Position numbers and translations under genes: made by a program. A stretch of 64,000 bases of DNA from positions 257,102-321,101 of the forward strand of contig JAZBOG010000003.1 in NCBI GenBank assembly GCA_036351015.1, given 5' to 3'. Every line of letters begins with the position of its first letter. Position 1 is the first letter of the stretch. Source of the stretch: Bacteroidales bacterium (GTDB lineage: Bacteria > Bacteroidota > Bacteroidia > Bacteroidales > UBA12077). Positions 8,602 through 18,209 of this stretch are shown piece after piece. Below the pieces are notes generated by a model. That model did not search any database, was not told the origin of the DNA, and was given only the letters and a program-made list of their open reading frames with translations.

Positions 8602-9468
8602 TTAAAAAACAATTTCATCTTTCTCATCCAAATATCCGAATTTTTTCATCACCCCGCGGTGGTTGCTGAGAATTTTGTTCACCTGCTTTTCGCTTAAATG
8701 ATTCCTCCAGTCGCCTACCTTCCCCTTCCGGAAGAACTGTTTCGATTTGATCATCTTCTCCTTAAACCCGCTCTTTTTCTCCTGTTGGGTAAGGATGTGA
8801 AAATCGCTTTTTTGCAGGGCATCCACAATTTTATCGAGGGAAGCTCCGAGGCCTAAAAACTTCACTGCCTGCGAAAAGGTGGTTAACGGGTCGCTGAGCA
8901 TATCCTCGTAACGCATCACATGGACAGGGATTAACGATTGCTCCGTCCAGCTATTCACATGGTCCGACCAGCTGCCCAGCAGCTGTCGAAGCTGGTTTAC
9001 CTGCCGGTCGTTGCGGTCGCAAAAGGCATAGCCTGGGTCGCTGATAATTTTCACCATCTTCTCCACGGGTTTTGCACTGTGGTAAGCAAAAGATACCAGC
9101 ACATCCAGGGGGTTTCGCATAAAATAGACGCACCCCCTCGAAATTTCGGGCGGGAACAGGGGCTGATCCGGCTCAACGAAATAAAAACGGTCGTGTACCT
9201 TTTTAAACAACAGCTCTTCCGACTCTTCCGACTGCATCCTGTAAACATCAGGCCTCAGGCGGTCAATCTCCTCAAAAGTCATATCGGCAGAAGAGAGGCC
9301 GGTATACTCGTCGAAAATCCTGCGTGAGCTGGAGATGGAGGTCTCCTTCAGATCATTGATACTTGCCGGCTGGTCCGAGTCGCCCAACAGGTTGGTAATA
9401 AAGATCCGGAACCAGGTATTCCCTGATTTGGGGTAACTGGCCAGCCATATGACATTTTTTTCAGGCAT
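8602..9468 (-). CDS. PAPS-dependent sulfotransferase (Sulfotransfer_1-like)
   Basis: The 5'-PSB loop is SYPKSGNTW and the 3'-PB motif is FRKGKVGDWRNHLS. I chose the ATG at 9466-9468 (MPEKNVIWLASYPKSGNTW). It lies 2 nt after the kinase stop at 9461-9463, whereas the longer listed ORF would overlap the kinase by 50 nt. Confidence 0.85.
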   Translation of the reverse strand: MPEKNVIWLASYPKSGNTWFRIFITNLLGDSDQPASINDLKETSISSSRRIFDEYTGLSSADMTFEEIDRLRPDVYRMQSEESEELLFKKVHDRFYFVEPDQPLFPPEISRGCVYFMRNPLDVLVSFAYHSAKPVEKMVKIISDPGYAFCDRNDRQVNQLRQLLGSWSDHVNSWTEQSLIPVHVMRYEDMLSDPLTTFSQAVKFLGLGASLDKIVDALQKSDFHILTQQEKKSGFKEKMIKSKQFFRKGKVGDWRNHLSEKQVNKILSNHRGVMKKFGYLDEKDEIVF

Positions 9469-10357
9469 CGAGGGCAAAGTTTTGGCGTAAAAAAATGGCA
9501 AACTCTTCAAGCATCAACGGCGCCTGGGGTCGTTTCACCCGGTAAACCTTCACCTGTTTTAACAGCTGACTGATTCCCCGGAAATGCTCCTGCTGTTTTT
9601 GCAGTCCCTCCACAAACCGGTAGCGGAAGGTGCTGTTTTTCAAAGCGTTAAATTTCTCTACCCCGGTCAGCTCTTCATACTCAAAACCCGGGGTGTTTTT
9701 GGGCTGGATGATAAAGATATTGTTTACCGGCAAAGGCTCAGTACAAAAATTTTCGTCGATGGTATATTTATATTTCTGGATATCGGGACGGATGGCTGAT
9801 AAGGTGTCGGCAGCAATTCCCAGTTTCCCGAGGACATCCTTCCATATTTTCATGTTGGGAAACCCGGGTTCTACCTGCAGGGAAGCATTGATCACGCTGA
9901 TATCATCGGCAAGGATCTGGTATCCTTGCCGGACAAACCAGGCGGCTATGGAGGATTTTCCTACCCCGCTCAAGCCGGTAAACACCGACACCGCCGGTCC
10001 AAACCTGATGGCACTGCCATGGATGGGCAATAATCCCCGCTGAATAAACAGTGCTCCAAAAGCCGATCCAAGCAAAAACAGGCGTACCTCCCTGTCGACC
10101 CTGGATTTGAAGGGTTCCACAACAATCTCTTTTCCGTTTTTAACATAAAACCGGGCAATCCCGTCGGTCTCCAGCAGAAACTCATCCTTTCCGGCCTGGT
10201 AGCGAACTCCTTTTTGGATGATCCGGTTAAGCTGTCCGGGTGTTTTTCCGATCCTTACCTCAACATCCGGCTTTTCTGCTGATGCCAACAGCTCAGGGAT
10301 CTCAAAATCGGAAATAAAATGCAACCCAAAGGCTTTATAATGATACTTTTTATTCAT
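9461..10357 (-). CDS. HPr-kinase-related serine kinase (lasso-peptide tailoring kinase type)
   Basis: The sequence LPIHGSAIRFGPAVSVFTGLSGVGKSSIAAWFVRQGYQILADDISVI matches the HprK C-terminal P-loop domain. The size of 298 aa and the position next to B1/B2 match paeninodin-type kinases. Confidence 0.75.
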   Translation of the reverse strand: MNKKYHYKAFGLHFISDFEIPELLASAEKPDVEVRIGKTPGQLNRIIQKGVRYQAGKDEFLLETDGIARFYVKNGKEIVVEPFKSRVDREVRLFLLGSAFGALFIQRGLLPIHGSAIRFGPAVSVFTGLSGVGKSSIAAWFVRQGYQILADDISVINASLQVEPGFPNMKIWKDVLGKLGIAADTLSAIRPDIQKYKYTIDENFCTEPLPVNNIFIIQPKNTPGFEYEELTGVEKFNALKNSTFRYRFVEGLQKQQEHFRGISQLLKQVKVYRVKRPQAPLMLEEFAIFLRQNFALDA

Positions 10358-10374
10358 AGTTAGTGGTTGTCCTA

Positions 10375-10382
10375 CAAAGGTA
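10375..10382 (-). promoter_or_regulatory. possible -7 box (TACCTTTG) for the kinase-sulfotransferase operon
   Basis: The minus strand matches TAnnTTTG 18-25 nt upstream of the kinase ATG at 10357. I saw no convincing -33 element. Confidence 0.25.
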
Positions 10383-10730
10383 AAGGAAATTTTGTTGAAT
10401 TTGGATCATTTAAGAGCATCTTACCTAAAAATCTATGCAAAAAAACCCGAAGACTTTATTGCTTTATGCTGACGATAAATGACCGTATGAAGCAATCGGT
10501 TTAGACAAATGATTAGGAGAATGTTTCGTTTCCCGAGAGCTCCCAATAACCGCATTCCTTTCAAAAGATTCACCAAGGTACTTCAGGTTAAAGCAATCAG
10601 TAGTGAACAAAATCTCAGGGTATGCTGTAGTATTAAAGATTAAAGAAACGATAAAAGAAAATCCGGTAAAAAATTTACCGCTTAAAAATTAATCTTTATA
10701 TTTAACTTGAACTATAAAAACCACAAAGCC

Positions 10731-11348
10731 ATGGATCTTAAGCAAACGATTGAAAAACGAGCAAGCATAAGAACCTTTACCGACGAGAAGGTTCCGGTGA
10801 ATGATTTAAAGGAGCTGGTACGAAGGGCCGGTTTAGCACCCAGTGTTAACAACTTCCAGCCCTGGAAGTTTTATGCCATCACCAACCAGAATATTCTAAA
10901 TAAACTGGCTTTGAAGGTGTCGGAAAAAATCAAACAACTACCGGCCAATCAATCGATTGCCTCGAAAAATGTAAAGTCACAGGTGGAGTGGTTTGCCACC
11001 TTTTTTGAAAATGCACCGGCAGTGATCGCCATGGCCATGGAGGATTACGAGTCGGTTTTAGAAAAAGGAGTCAATTTAACCCACGAGGAGATTAATAAGT
11101 TACGTAACTTCCCGGATATGCAAAGTGCAGGGGCAGCCATCCAGAACATCCTGCTTTCGGCAGTGGATTTAGGCTATGGGGCCTGTTGGCTAAGTGCTCC
11201 CATGATGGCCAAGTAGGAGCTGGAGAAGATTCTCCACATCGAAAGCCCTTTTCATCTTATTGCCTTTGTGGCTGTAGGAAAAGCATCCAAAGACATGCAG
11301 CCCAAACCGAAGAAATCATTGGACGAAATATTTACGCTTGTTGAATAA
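10731..11348 (+). pseudogene. nitroreductase-family gene interrupted by a single in-frame TAG at 11214-11216
   Basis: The N-terminal part (MDLKQTIEKRASIRTF...PSVNNFQPWKFY...GYGACWLSAPMMAK) stops at the TAG. The same frame then continues for 43 codons (ELEKILHIESPFHLIAFVAVGKASKDMQPKPKKSLDEIFTLVE) to the TAA at 11346-11348. That continuation is the expected nitroreductase C-terminus. Confidence 0.6.
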
Positions 11349-11361
11349 AAAGAACTATTTT

Positions 11362-11709
11362 ATGGCTTACCAGATTTATCACAATACCCGATGTAAAAAG
11401 AGCCGTGGAGGCCTGAAGTATCTTGAGGATAAAGGCATCAAGCCTGAGATCATTGAATACTTAAAAGACCAGCCTTTTACGGAAGAAAGTTTAACCGAAT
11501 TACTCCGGAAACTGAATATGAAACCCCGCGAAATCATTCGTACCCAGGAGAAAGAGTATAAAGAAAATTATAAAGGAAAAAATTTAACCGATGAGGAATG
11601 GATAAAAATCCTGGTAGAAAATCCAAAACTAATCCGAAGGCCTGTTATTGTTAAAGAAAATAAAGCAGTAATTGGGGATCCTGTAGAAAATATTGATCCC
11701 ATCCTATAA
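11362..11709 (+). CDS. ArsC/Spx-superfamily protein (arsenate reductase-related)
   Basis: The protein begins MAYQIYHNTRCKKSR... and contains LIRRPVIV, the typical ArsC-family fold signature. The ATG at 11362 is preferred over the listed TTG at 11338, which would overlap the tail of the nitroreductase frame. Confidence 0.8.
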   Translation: MAYQIYHNTRCKKSRGGLKYLEDKGIKPEIIEYLKDQPFTEESLTELLRKLNMKPREIIRTQEKEYKENYKGKNLTDEEWIKILVENPKLIRRPVIVKENKAVIGDPVENIDPIL

Positions 11710-11798
11710 TTTTTGTATCTTTTGGGTTGATAAAACTTTTTATACCATAATCCTAAATTACAAACGAACTGCCCTGTAGCAGTAAAAACAAAAGTTCT

Positions 11799-13415
11799 AT
11801 GTCAACACCAAAATTTTATTATCAGGATCCTTTTCCCATCGGAAAGGATGAAACCGAGTATTATCTGTTAACCAAAGATCATGTATCGGTCAGTGAATTT
11901 GAGGGCAAGAAGATTCTCAAGGTCGATCCGGAAGGATTAACATTTCTGGCCCGTGCAGCTTTTCACGACACCTCCTTTATGCTACGGACCGGTCATCTCA
12001 GGCAGGTAGCAGCTATTCTCGACGATCCCGGGGCAAGTGATAATGATCAATACGTAGCCCTAACCATGTTACAGAATGCCGAAATTTCGGCAAAGGGGGA
12101 ATTACCCTTTTGCCAGGATACAGGTACGGCAACCATTGTTGCCAAAAAAGGACAACAGGTATGGACCGGAGGTGGTGACGAGGAAGCACTGTCCAAGGGA
12201 GTATACGAAACCTATACGCAGGATAACCTGCGGTATTCACAAACCGTACCCCTGGACATGTATACCGAAAAAAATTCGGGTACCAACCTGCCTGCGCAAA
12301 TAGACATTCATGCTACATCCGGCGACGAATACCAGTTTCTTTTTGTTGCCAAGGGAGGAGGATCGGCCAATAAAACCAATTTATTTCAACAGACCAAAGC
12401 CTTGTTAAATCCCGAAAAGCTGGAAAGCTTTTTAATCGAAAAACTTAAGTCGCTGGGTACCGCAGCATGTCCGCCCTATCATGTTGCTTTTGTCATTGGC
12501 GGCACCTCGGCAGAGTCCAATCTTAAAACCGTAAAATTAGCTTCAACCAAATATTATGATCATTTACCCACCCGGGGAAATGAACACGGGCAGGCTTTCA
12601 GGGATACCGAGCTGGAACAAAAGATCCTGAAAGCAGCATACAACCTTGGCATAGGAGCCCAGTTTGGCGGTAAGCACTTTGCTCTCGATATCCGGATTGT
12701 CCGCTTACCGCGGCACGGAGCTTCATGCCCCGTAGGCATGGGGGTTTCCTGCTCGGCCGACCGGAACATCAAGGCTAAAATCAACAAAGAGGGGATATGG
12801 ATTGAGAAACTTGAAAATAATCCCGGAAGATTTATTCCTGAAAAATTCCGAAAGGAAGAGGAAGGGGGTGCCATTACGCTCGACCTGAACAAACCCATGA
12901 AAGAGATCCTGGCAGAACTGTCCAGACACCAGGTAGGCACAAGGCTCTCGCTGAACGGAACAATCATCGTAGGGCGCGACATTGCACATGCCAAACTGAA
13001 AGAACGTATCGAAACAGGAGAAGGTTTACCACAGTACATTAAAGATCATCCCATTTACTATGCAGGGCCAGCCAAAACACCCCAGGGGAAACCCTCGGGA
13101 TCATTCGGGCCAACCACTGCCGGAAGGATGGACCCCTACGTGGACCTGTTCCAGAGTCATGGCGGCAGCATGATCATGATTGCCAAAGGAAACCGGAGCC
13201 AGGCAGTTACCGATGCCTGTAAGAAGTACGGCGGATTTTACCTGGGCAGCATTGGCGGACCGGCAGCCATCCTTGCCGAAAAAAATATTAAGCAGGTAGA
13301 ACTGCTCGAATATCCCGAACTGGGGATGGAGGCCATCTACAAAATTGAGGTAAAAGATTTTCCGGCATTTATCCTGGTGGATGATAAAGGAAATGATTTT
13401 TACAGCATGCAGTAA
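11799..13415 (+). CDS. class I (Fe-S dependent) fumarate hydratase, fused alpha/beta type
   Basis: The length is 538 aa. The protein contains [23 protein letters not shown] and a C-terminal beta-domain (GRDIAHAKL...YYAGPA...GPTTAGRMD). Confidence 0.9.
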   Translation: MSTPKFYYQDPFPIGKDETEYYLLTKDHVSVSEFEGKKILKVDPEGLTFLARAAFHDTSFMLRTGHLRQVAAILDDPGASDNDQYVALTMLQNAEISAKGELPFCQDTGTATIVAKKGQQVWTGGGDEEALSKGVYETYTQDNLRYSQTVPLDMYTEKNSGTNLPAQIDIHATSGDEYQFLFVAKGGGSANKTNLFQQTKALLNPEKLESFLIEKLKSLGTAACPPYHVAFVIGGTSAESNLKTVKLASTKYYDHLPTRGNEHGQAFRDTELEQKILKAAYNLGIGAQFGGKHFALDIRIVRLPRHGASCPVGMGVSCSADRNIKAKINKEGIWIEKLENNPGRFIPEKFRKEEEGGAITLDLNKPMKEILAELSRHQVGTRLSLNGTIIVGRDIAHAKLKERIETGEGLPQYIKDHPIYYAGPAKTPQGKPSGSFGPTTAGRMDPYVDLFQSHGGSMIMIAKGNRSQAVTDACKKYGGFYLGSIGGPAAILAEKNIKQVELLEYPELGMEAIYKIEVKDFPAFILVDDKGNDFYSMQ

Positions 13416-13487
13416 ATTAGTTTTTTTATTTTTTAAAGAAAGGGGAACCTGCCTGTCCGGTGTTTACAATTGCAACGGCAGGCAGGA

Positions 13488-13783
13488 ATGCCGAAGGACA
13501 GAGGGGTAAAATGTAATTAGAAAAAATGAGTATGATATTCTTTGACCCTTTCCCCGGTAGGGACTTTCCCTTAAAAGGGAAAGCAGCTTTGATTAAGTGA
13601 ACTACAAAACTTGAAAGTTTAGTAGCACAGATAAATCGAAGCTTTCTCCCCTTGGAAGGGAAGATGCCGAAGGCAGAGGGGTAAAAAAGTAAAAAAAATA
13701 AAAATGAGTAAATATATAATCCTGACCCCTTCCTCTATTGGGACTTCCCTTTAAAATGGAAAGCAGTTTCAATTGAAAGCACT
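13488..13783. repeat. two imperfect direct copies (~115-120 bp, offset 176 bp) of a hairpin-containing element
   Basis: Copy 1 (13488-13603) and copy 2 (13664-13783) both start ATGCCGAAGG(A)CAGAGGGGTAAAA and share ...AATGAGTA...GACCC..TCC...GGGACTT.CCCTTTAAAA.GGAAAGCAG.TT..ATT. Copy 1 contains the perfect hairpin CTTTCCC-TTAAAA-GGGAAAG. Confidence 0.6.
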
Positions 13784-13924
13784 AACCAATTTTAACGGGT
13801 TAGCTAAATAATTAATCAAAACGGTCAAACAAAGAAAATGTATGCCTTCAAAAATCTCCCTTTTACGTTACCTTGATACGAACAAAACCTTTTTAGAATA
13901 AAATTGTTAGAAAAATAAAAAACA

Positions 13925-15304
13925 ATGTTTCGTACAGAAAAAGACAGCATGGGGATCATAAAGGTTCCTGCTGATAAATATTGGGGAGCTCAAACCCAAC
14001 GATCAATCGATAATTTTAAAATTGGTACCGAGAAAATGCCGGTAGAAATCATCCGGGCTTTTGGGATTCTCAAAAAAGCAGCGGCAAGAACCAACCTGCA
14101 GCTGGGAGTTCTTCCAGAAGAAAAAGCCAGCCTCATCGAGCAGGTATGTGATGAAATAAACGACGGGAAGCTGGATGACCATTTTCCGCTGTTAGTCTGG
14201 CAAACCGGCTCGGGGACCCAAACCAACATGAACGTAAACGAGGTGATTGCTAACCGGGCACACGTTTTAGCCGGGAATCATTTAGGTGAAGGAGAGAAAC
14301 GCATACATCCCAACGACGATGTAAACCGTTCGCAATCGTCGAATGACACTTTTCCCACAGCCATGCATATTGCGGCATACAAACTTCTTACGGAGGAAAC
14401 CATTCCAGCCCTAAGAAAACTAAAGGATGTGCTGGCAGCAAAAAGCAGACCATGGGAAAGTATTGTGAAAACAGGGCGTACTCACTTTATGGACGCAACA
14501 CCATTAACGCTTGGCCAGGAGTTCTCTGGTTACGTATCCATGCTGGATCACGGATTAAAAAACATAGAAAACAGCCTGTTACATCTTTCGGAACTAGCAC
14601 TTGGCGGCACCGCTGTGGGAACCGGGTTAAATACTCCCCCCGGCTATGCTAAGATGGTAGCCGGTGAAATTGCAAAAATAACGGGACACCCATTTATCAC
14701 AGCGCCTAATAAATTTGAGGCGCTGGCAGCCCACGATGCACTTGTTTCATCACATGGGGCTTTAAAAACATTAGCCACCAGCCTGATGAAAATAGCCAAT
14801 GATATACGCATGCTTGGATCCGGGCCCAGGAGTGGCATTGGCGAGTTAAACCTACCGGCCAATGAACCCGGCTCTTCCATTATGCCCGGGAAGGTAAATC
14901 CCACCCAGGCCGAAGCACTTTCCATGGTCTGCACCCAGGTTATGGGAAATGATGTAACCATCAATATGGCCGGATCGAATGGCCATTTTGAGCTGAATGT
15001 CTTCAAACCGGTGATCATTAAAAACTTCCTGGCATCGGCCCGCTTACTGGCCGATGCCTCGATATCATTTGCCGACAAATGCATCGCTGGAACAGAGCCC
15101 AACATCCAGAATATTGAACGAAATCTGAAAAATTCATTAATGCTGGTAACCGCCCTTAATCCTCACATCGGCTACGACCAGGCTGCAAAAATTGCACAAA
15201 AAGCTTTTCAGGAAAACAAAACCTTAAAACAGGCAGCCGTAGAGTCAGGTTATCTTTCAGAAAAAGAGTTTGATCAGTGGGTAGATCCGCAAAAAATGGT
15301 TTAA
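13925..15304 (+). CDS. fumC: class II fumarate hydratase
   Basis: The protein carries the signature [13 protein letters not shown], the N-terminus [10 protein letters not shown]...[11 protein letters not shown], and is 459 aa long. Confidence 0.95.
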   Translation: MFRTEKDSMGIIKVPADKYWGAQTQRSIDNFKIGTEKMPVEIIRAFGILKKAAARTNLQLGVLPEEKASLIEQVCDEINDGKLDDHFPLLVWQTGSGTQTNMNVNEVIANRAHVLAGNHLGEGEKRIHPNDDVNRSQSSNDTFPTAMHIAAYKLLTEETIPALRKLKDVLAAKSRPWESIVKTGRTHFMDATPLTLGQEFSGYVSMLDHGLKNIENSLLHLSELALGGTAVGTGLNTPPGYAKMVAGEIAKITGHPFITAPNKFEALAAHDALVSSHGALKTLATSLMKIANDIRMLGSGPRSGIGELNLPANEPGSSIMPGKVNPTQAEALSMVCTQVMGNDVTINMAGSNGHFELNVFKPVIIKNFLASARLLADASISFADKCIAGTEPNIQNIERNLKNSLMLVTALNPHIGYDQAAKIAQKAFQENKTLKQAAVESGYLSEKEFDQWVDPQKMV

Positions 15305-15391
15305 AAAGTTGTCATCCTGAATTCATGAAATCATAGAATCTGTATTATTTCTTTTAGTAAGTTTGTTGCTTTTAACAAATGATCCTTACAG

Positions 15392-17350
15392 ATGCAGCAA
15401 AAAATACGTAATATAGGAATTCTTGCTCATGTCGATGCAGGAAAAACAACCATCACAGAGAATTTTCTTTATGTAAGCGGACAGACCAAAATATTGGGAA
15501 ATGTAGATCATGGAACAGCTCAAACAGATTCCCTGGAGGTTGAACGTGAACGAGGCATCTCGGTGAGGTCAGCAAACACATCCTTCCAATGGAAGGATGT
15601 AAAAATTAACTTAATAGATACACCGGGACACGTTGATTTTTCTGCCGAAGTAGAAAGAACAATTCGTATTTTAGACGGAGCACTATTAATCATTTCAGCA
15701 GTAGAAGGAGTTCAGGGGCATACCATAACCTTATGGAATGCTTTACAAAAATTAAAAATCCCTACCTTAATTTTTATCAATAAAATTGACCGTGCCGGTG
15801 CTGATACAGAAATAGTAATCAACGAAATAAAAAAAGAATTTACATCCCAACCAGTAGTTTTACAACGGGTATCAAATGAAGCAACCAAAGATGTAAACAT
15901 TCATTCTGTTTGGGATAATAATACCTTAAATGAAGCTATTATAGAATCCATTGCGGGGAGCAATGAAGAAATTCTTGAAAAATATCTTAATGAACAAAAG
16001 CTTTCATTTTCAGTGCTGGATGAAGCACTGATAAAGGGCGTTCATAATCATCAGATCATTCCGGTATTATTGGGTTCAGCAAAAAACAGGTTAGGTATCA
16101 AAGATTTATTAAATGCTATGGTACATTATCTGCCCGAACCCAAAGCAGATGAATCAAAACCTTTATCCGCATTAATTTACCAGATTACGCATGATGAAGC
16201 CATGGGCAAAATTGCCCATATTAAACTTTATCATGGATCAATCCGCAACAGAGATATTGTTCATAATGCCACCCAAAACACGAAAGAAAAGGTAACCCGG
16301 GTTCTGAAACTACTCCCCGGCAAGCATGAAGATACCGGAGAAGTTTTGGCCGGAGATATTGCAGGGGTTTGCGGATTAAAGCATGCAAGGACAGGAGATG
16401 TGTTAGGAAATTTTTCAGAGAAGCTTCCCGGAAGTATTTCGTTAAGAACTCCCTTATTAACCGTACAGGTTGTGGCTAATAAGGAGAAGGATTATCCGGC
16501 TTTAGCTGAAGCCCTGCAAGAACTCTCGAAAGAAGATCCCGGCCTGGATTTTGAATGGTTACGGGAAGATAAGGAGCTACACGTTAAAGTTATGGGCTGG
16601 ATACAAATTGAAGTTATGGAAAAAATTCTGGAAACCCGGTTTGGTATTAAAGCAAATTTCCAGGATCCCACAGTCATTTACAAGGAAACACCCCTTCAAA
16701 AAGGAGAGGGTTATGTACGTTACTGGATGCCAAAGTCCTGTTGGGCCATCATGAAATTTTTAATAGAACCCGGCCAACGTGGTAGCGGAGTTAACTATGA
16801 ATCTAAAATAAGTGTCGACGATATCCATCAGAAATATCAGAACGAAGTAGAGCGAACCATACCATCAGCCTTAAAACAAGGCATCAAAGGCTGGGAAGTT
16901 ACCGATATAAAAATTACCCTGATCGAAGGAGAAGATCATCCGGTGCATTCAAATCCGGGCGATTTTGTTGTTGCCACGCCCATGGGTATTATGAATGGAC
17001 TCGCAAGTACCGGAACGACTTTACTTGAGCCCCTTATTTCTTTTAAAATTTCGGCCCCTGAAAATTTACTGGGAGCAATAACCAGCGATATTACCCAGAT
17101 GCGAGGGTCTTTTAACAGTCCGGAAATAGAAAAAGACAAATTTATTTTAACAGGGATTTTACCTGTAGCAACTTCACTCGATTTCCCTGTTCGATTAAGT
17201 TCTCGTTCCGGGGGAAAAGCCAAAATACGAACTGAGTTTTACGGCTATCGTGAATGTGCCGATGAATTGGGAACAATAAGAGAGTACAAAGGAATTAGTC
17301 CGTTGGATACCTCTAAATGGATTTTAAAAGCCCGCAAAGCGTTGCAATAA
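15392..17350 (+). CDS. Tet(M)/Tet(O)/Tet(Q)-like ribosomal protection GTPase (translation-factor family)
   Basis: G1 is AHVDAGKTT, G3 is DTPGH and G4 is NKID. The N-terminal ~150 aa align by eye with Tet(M): IRNIGILAHVDAGKTT.TE..LY.SG......G.VD.GT..TD....ER.RGI......TSFQW....+N+IDTPGH.DF.AEV.R....LDGA+L+ISA..GVQ..T. The length of 652 aa fits RPPs rather than EF-G (~700 aa). Confidence 0.7.
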   Translation: MQQKIRNIGILAHVDAGKTTITENFLYVSGQTKILGNVDHGTAQTDSLEVERERGISVRSANTSFQWKDVKINLIDTPGHVDFSAEVERTIRILDGALLIISAVEGVQGHTITLWNALQKLKIPTLIFINKIDRAGADTEIVINEIKKEFTSQPVVLQRVSNEATKDVNIHSVWDNNTLNEAIIESIAGSNEEILEKYLNEQKLSFSVLDEALIKGVHNHQIIPVLLGSAKNRLGIKDLLNAMVHYLPEPKADESKPLSALIYQITHDEAMGKIAHIKLYHGSIRNRDIVHNATQNTKEKVTRVLKLLPGKHEDTGEVLAGDIAGVCGLKHARTGDVLGNFSEKLPGSISLRTPLLTVQVVANKEKDYPALAEALQELSKEDPGLDFEWLREDKELHVKVMGWIQIEVMEKILETRFGIKANFQDPTVIYKETPLQKGEGYVRYWMPKSCWAIMKFLIEPGQRGSGVNYESKISVDDIHQKYQNEVERTIPSALKQGIKGWEVTDIKITLIEGEDHPVHSNPGDFVVATPMGIMNGLASTGTTLLEPLISFKISAPENLLGAITSDITQMRGSFNSPEIEKDKFILTGILPVATSLDFPVRLSSRSGGKAKIRTEFYGYRECADELGTIREYKGISPLDTSKWILKARKALQ

Positions 17351-17408
17351 TCCCCAATCTGTCAAAAAAAAAAACGAGTTTCTAATGACAAACCCGGGAT
17401 ATAAAAAC

Positions 17409-17434
17409 ATCAGGAGGATTAAAATCCTCCTGAT
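17409..17434. terminator. bidirectional hairpin terminator between convergent genes
   Basis: ATCAGGAGGATT-AA-AATCCTCCTGAT forms a 12-bp perfect stem. It sits between the Tet-like gene (+) and the DUF4097 gene (-). Confidence 0.6.
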
Positions 17435-17456
17435 AAGAAAGAATACTGCTTCTCTG

Positions 17457-18164
17457 CTATTTAGATTTTCTTAAGAAAATATCTCCACTAATGGTTTTCA
17501 GGTTAATGAGAGTACCACCATTGTTTAACCTTCTGGAAACTTTATTTCGCCGGTAATGATGATAACCCGTTTCCTGATTCGATGTAAAATCAAAATTAGA
17601 ATACATCCCCCCGGAAATGTTGCTCAGCTCCAAATCCGCATCATGGTCATCAGGTAAGGATAAATCAATATAACCACTAATGGTATTAATGTCCATTCTA
17701 CCCAATACCCCATTAATTTCTATATCTCCACTAATGGTTTCTAGCTCAAGGCCCGATTCTTTTGGAACTTTTACATCAAAATAGAGCTCCATTTCAACCG
17801 TACAATCGTTTATGACTGTTATTTCGCCATTTCTATCTTGTTTTACAACTCTTTTTCTCTGTGTTAAATCATCCAAATTAATAATCTCAGACTCAATTTC
17901 TAATCCGGCAGCATGCTGATTAAATTGTAACTCAAAATGATCATTATTGCTGTTATTATTAATATTAACAGAAACTTTTACATAAACTTCGTTTTTATCC
18001 CAGGTGGTTACATTGACCTTGTTAGCAAATTTAAATTCAAGAGAAATATCATCATCAGGCGAAACAGGAAAAGTTTTTTCCACAATTTTCTGGCTGTATA
18101 GTGATAGTGCATTTGCATTTAACAACAAGATAGCCAGAACATATATAAAACCTCTTTTTTTCAT
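17457..18164 (-). CDS. DUF4097-type beta-strand repeat protein (putative adhesin fold), secreted
   Basis: The protein has a signal peptide (MKKRGFIYVLAILLLNANALSLYSQ) and recurring ISGDIEI / ISGYIDL / ISGGMY / ISGDIFL motifs. Confidence 0.6.
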   Translation of the reverse strand: MKKRGFIYVLAILLLNANALSLYSQKIVEKTFPVSPDDDISLEFKFANKVNVTTWDKNEVYVKVSVNINNNSNNDHFELQFNQHAAGLEIESEIINLDDLTQRKRVVKQDRNGEITVINDCTVEMELYFDVKVPKESGLELETISGDIEINGVLGRMDINTISGYIDLSLPDDHDADLELSNISGGMYSNFDFTSNQETGYHHYRRNKVSRRLNNGGTLINLKTISGDIFLRKSK

Positions 18165-18209
18165 GATATTTAATTTTTTAGGATGTAAGATTATCTTATT
18201 TCTTAAATT

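Noticed and set aside
8350-8697. A 115-aa plus-strand ORF overlapping B1 and the sulfotransferase
   Set aside because: It is antisense to two genes with clear family signatures and has no motif.
12560-13039. 159-aa and 88-aa minus-strand ORFs within the class I fumarase gene
   Set aside because: They are antisense to a high-confidence CDS and have no recognisable features.
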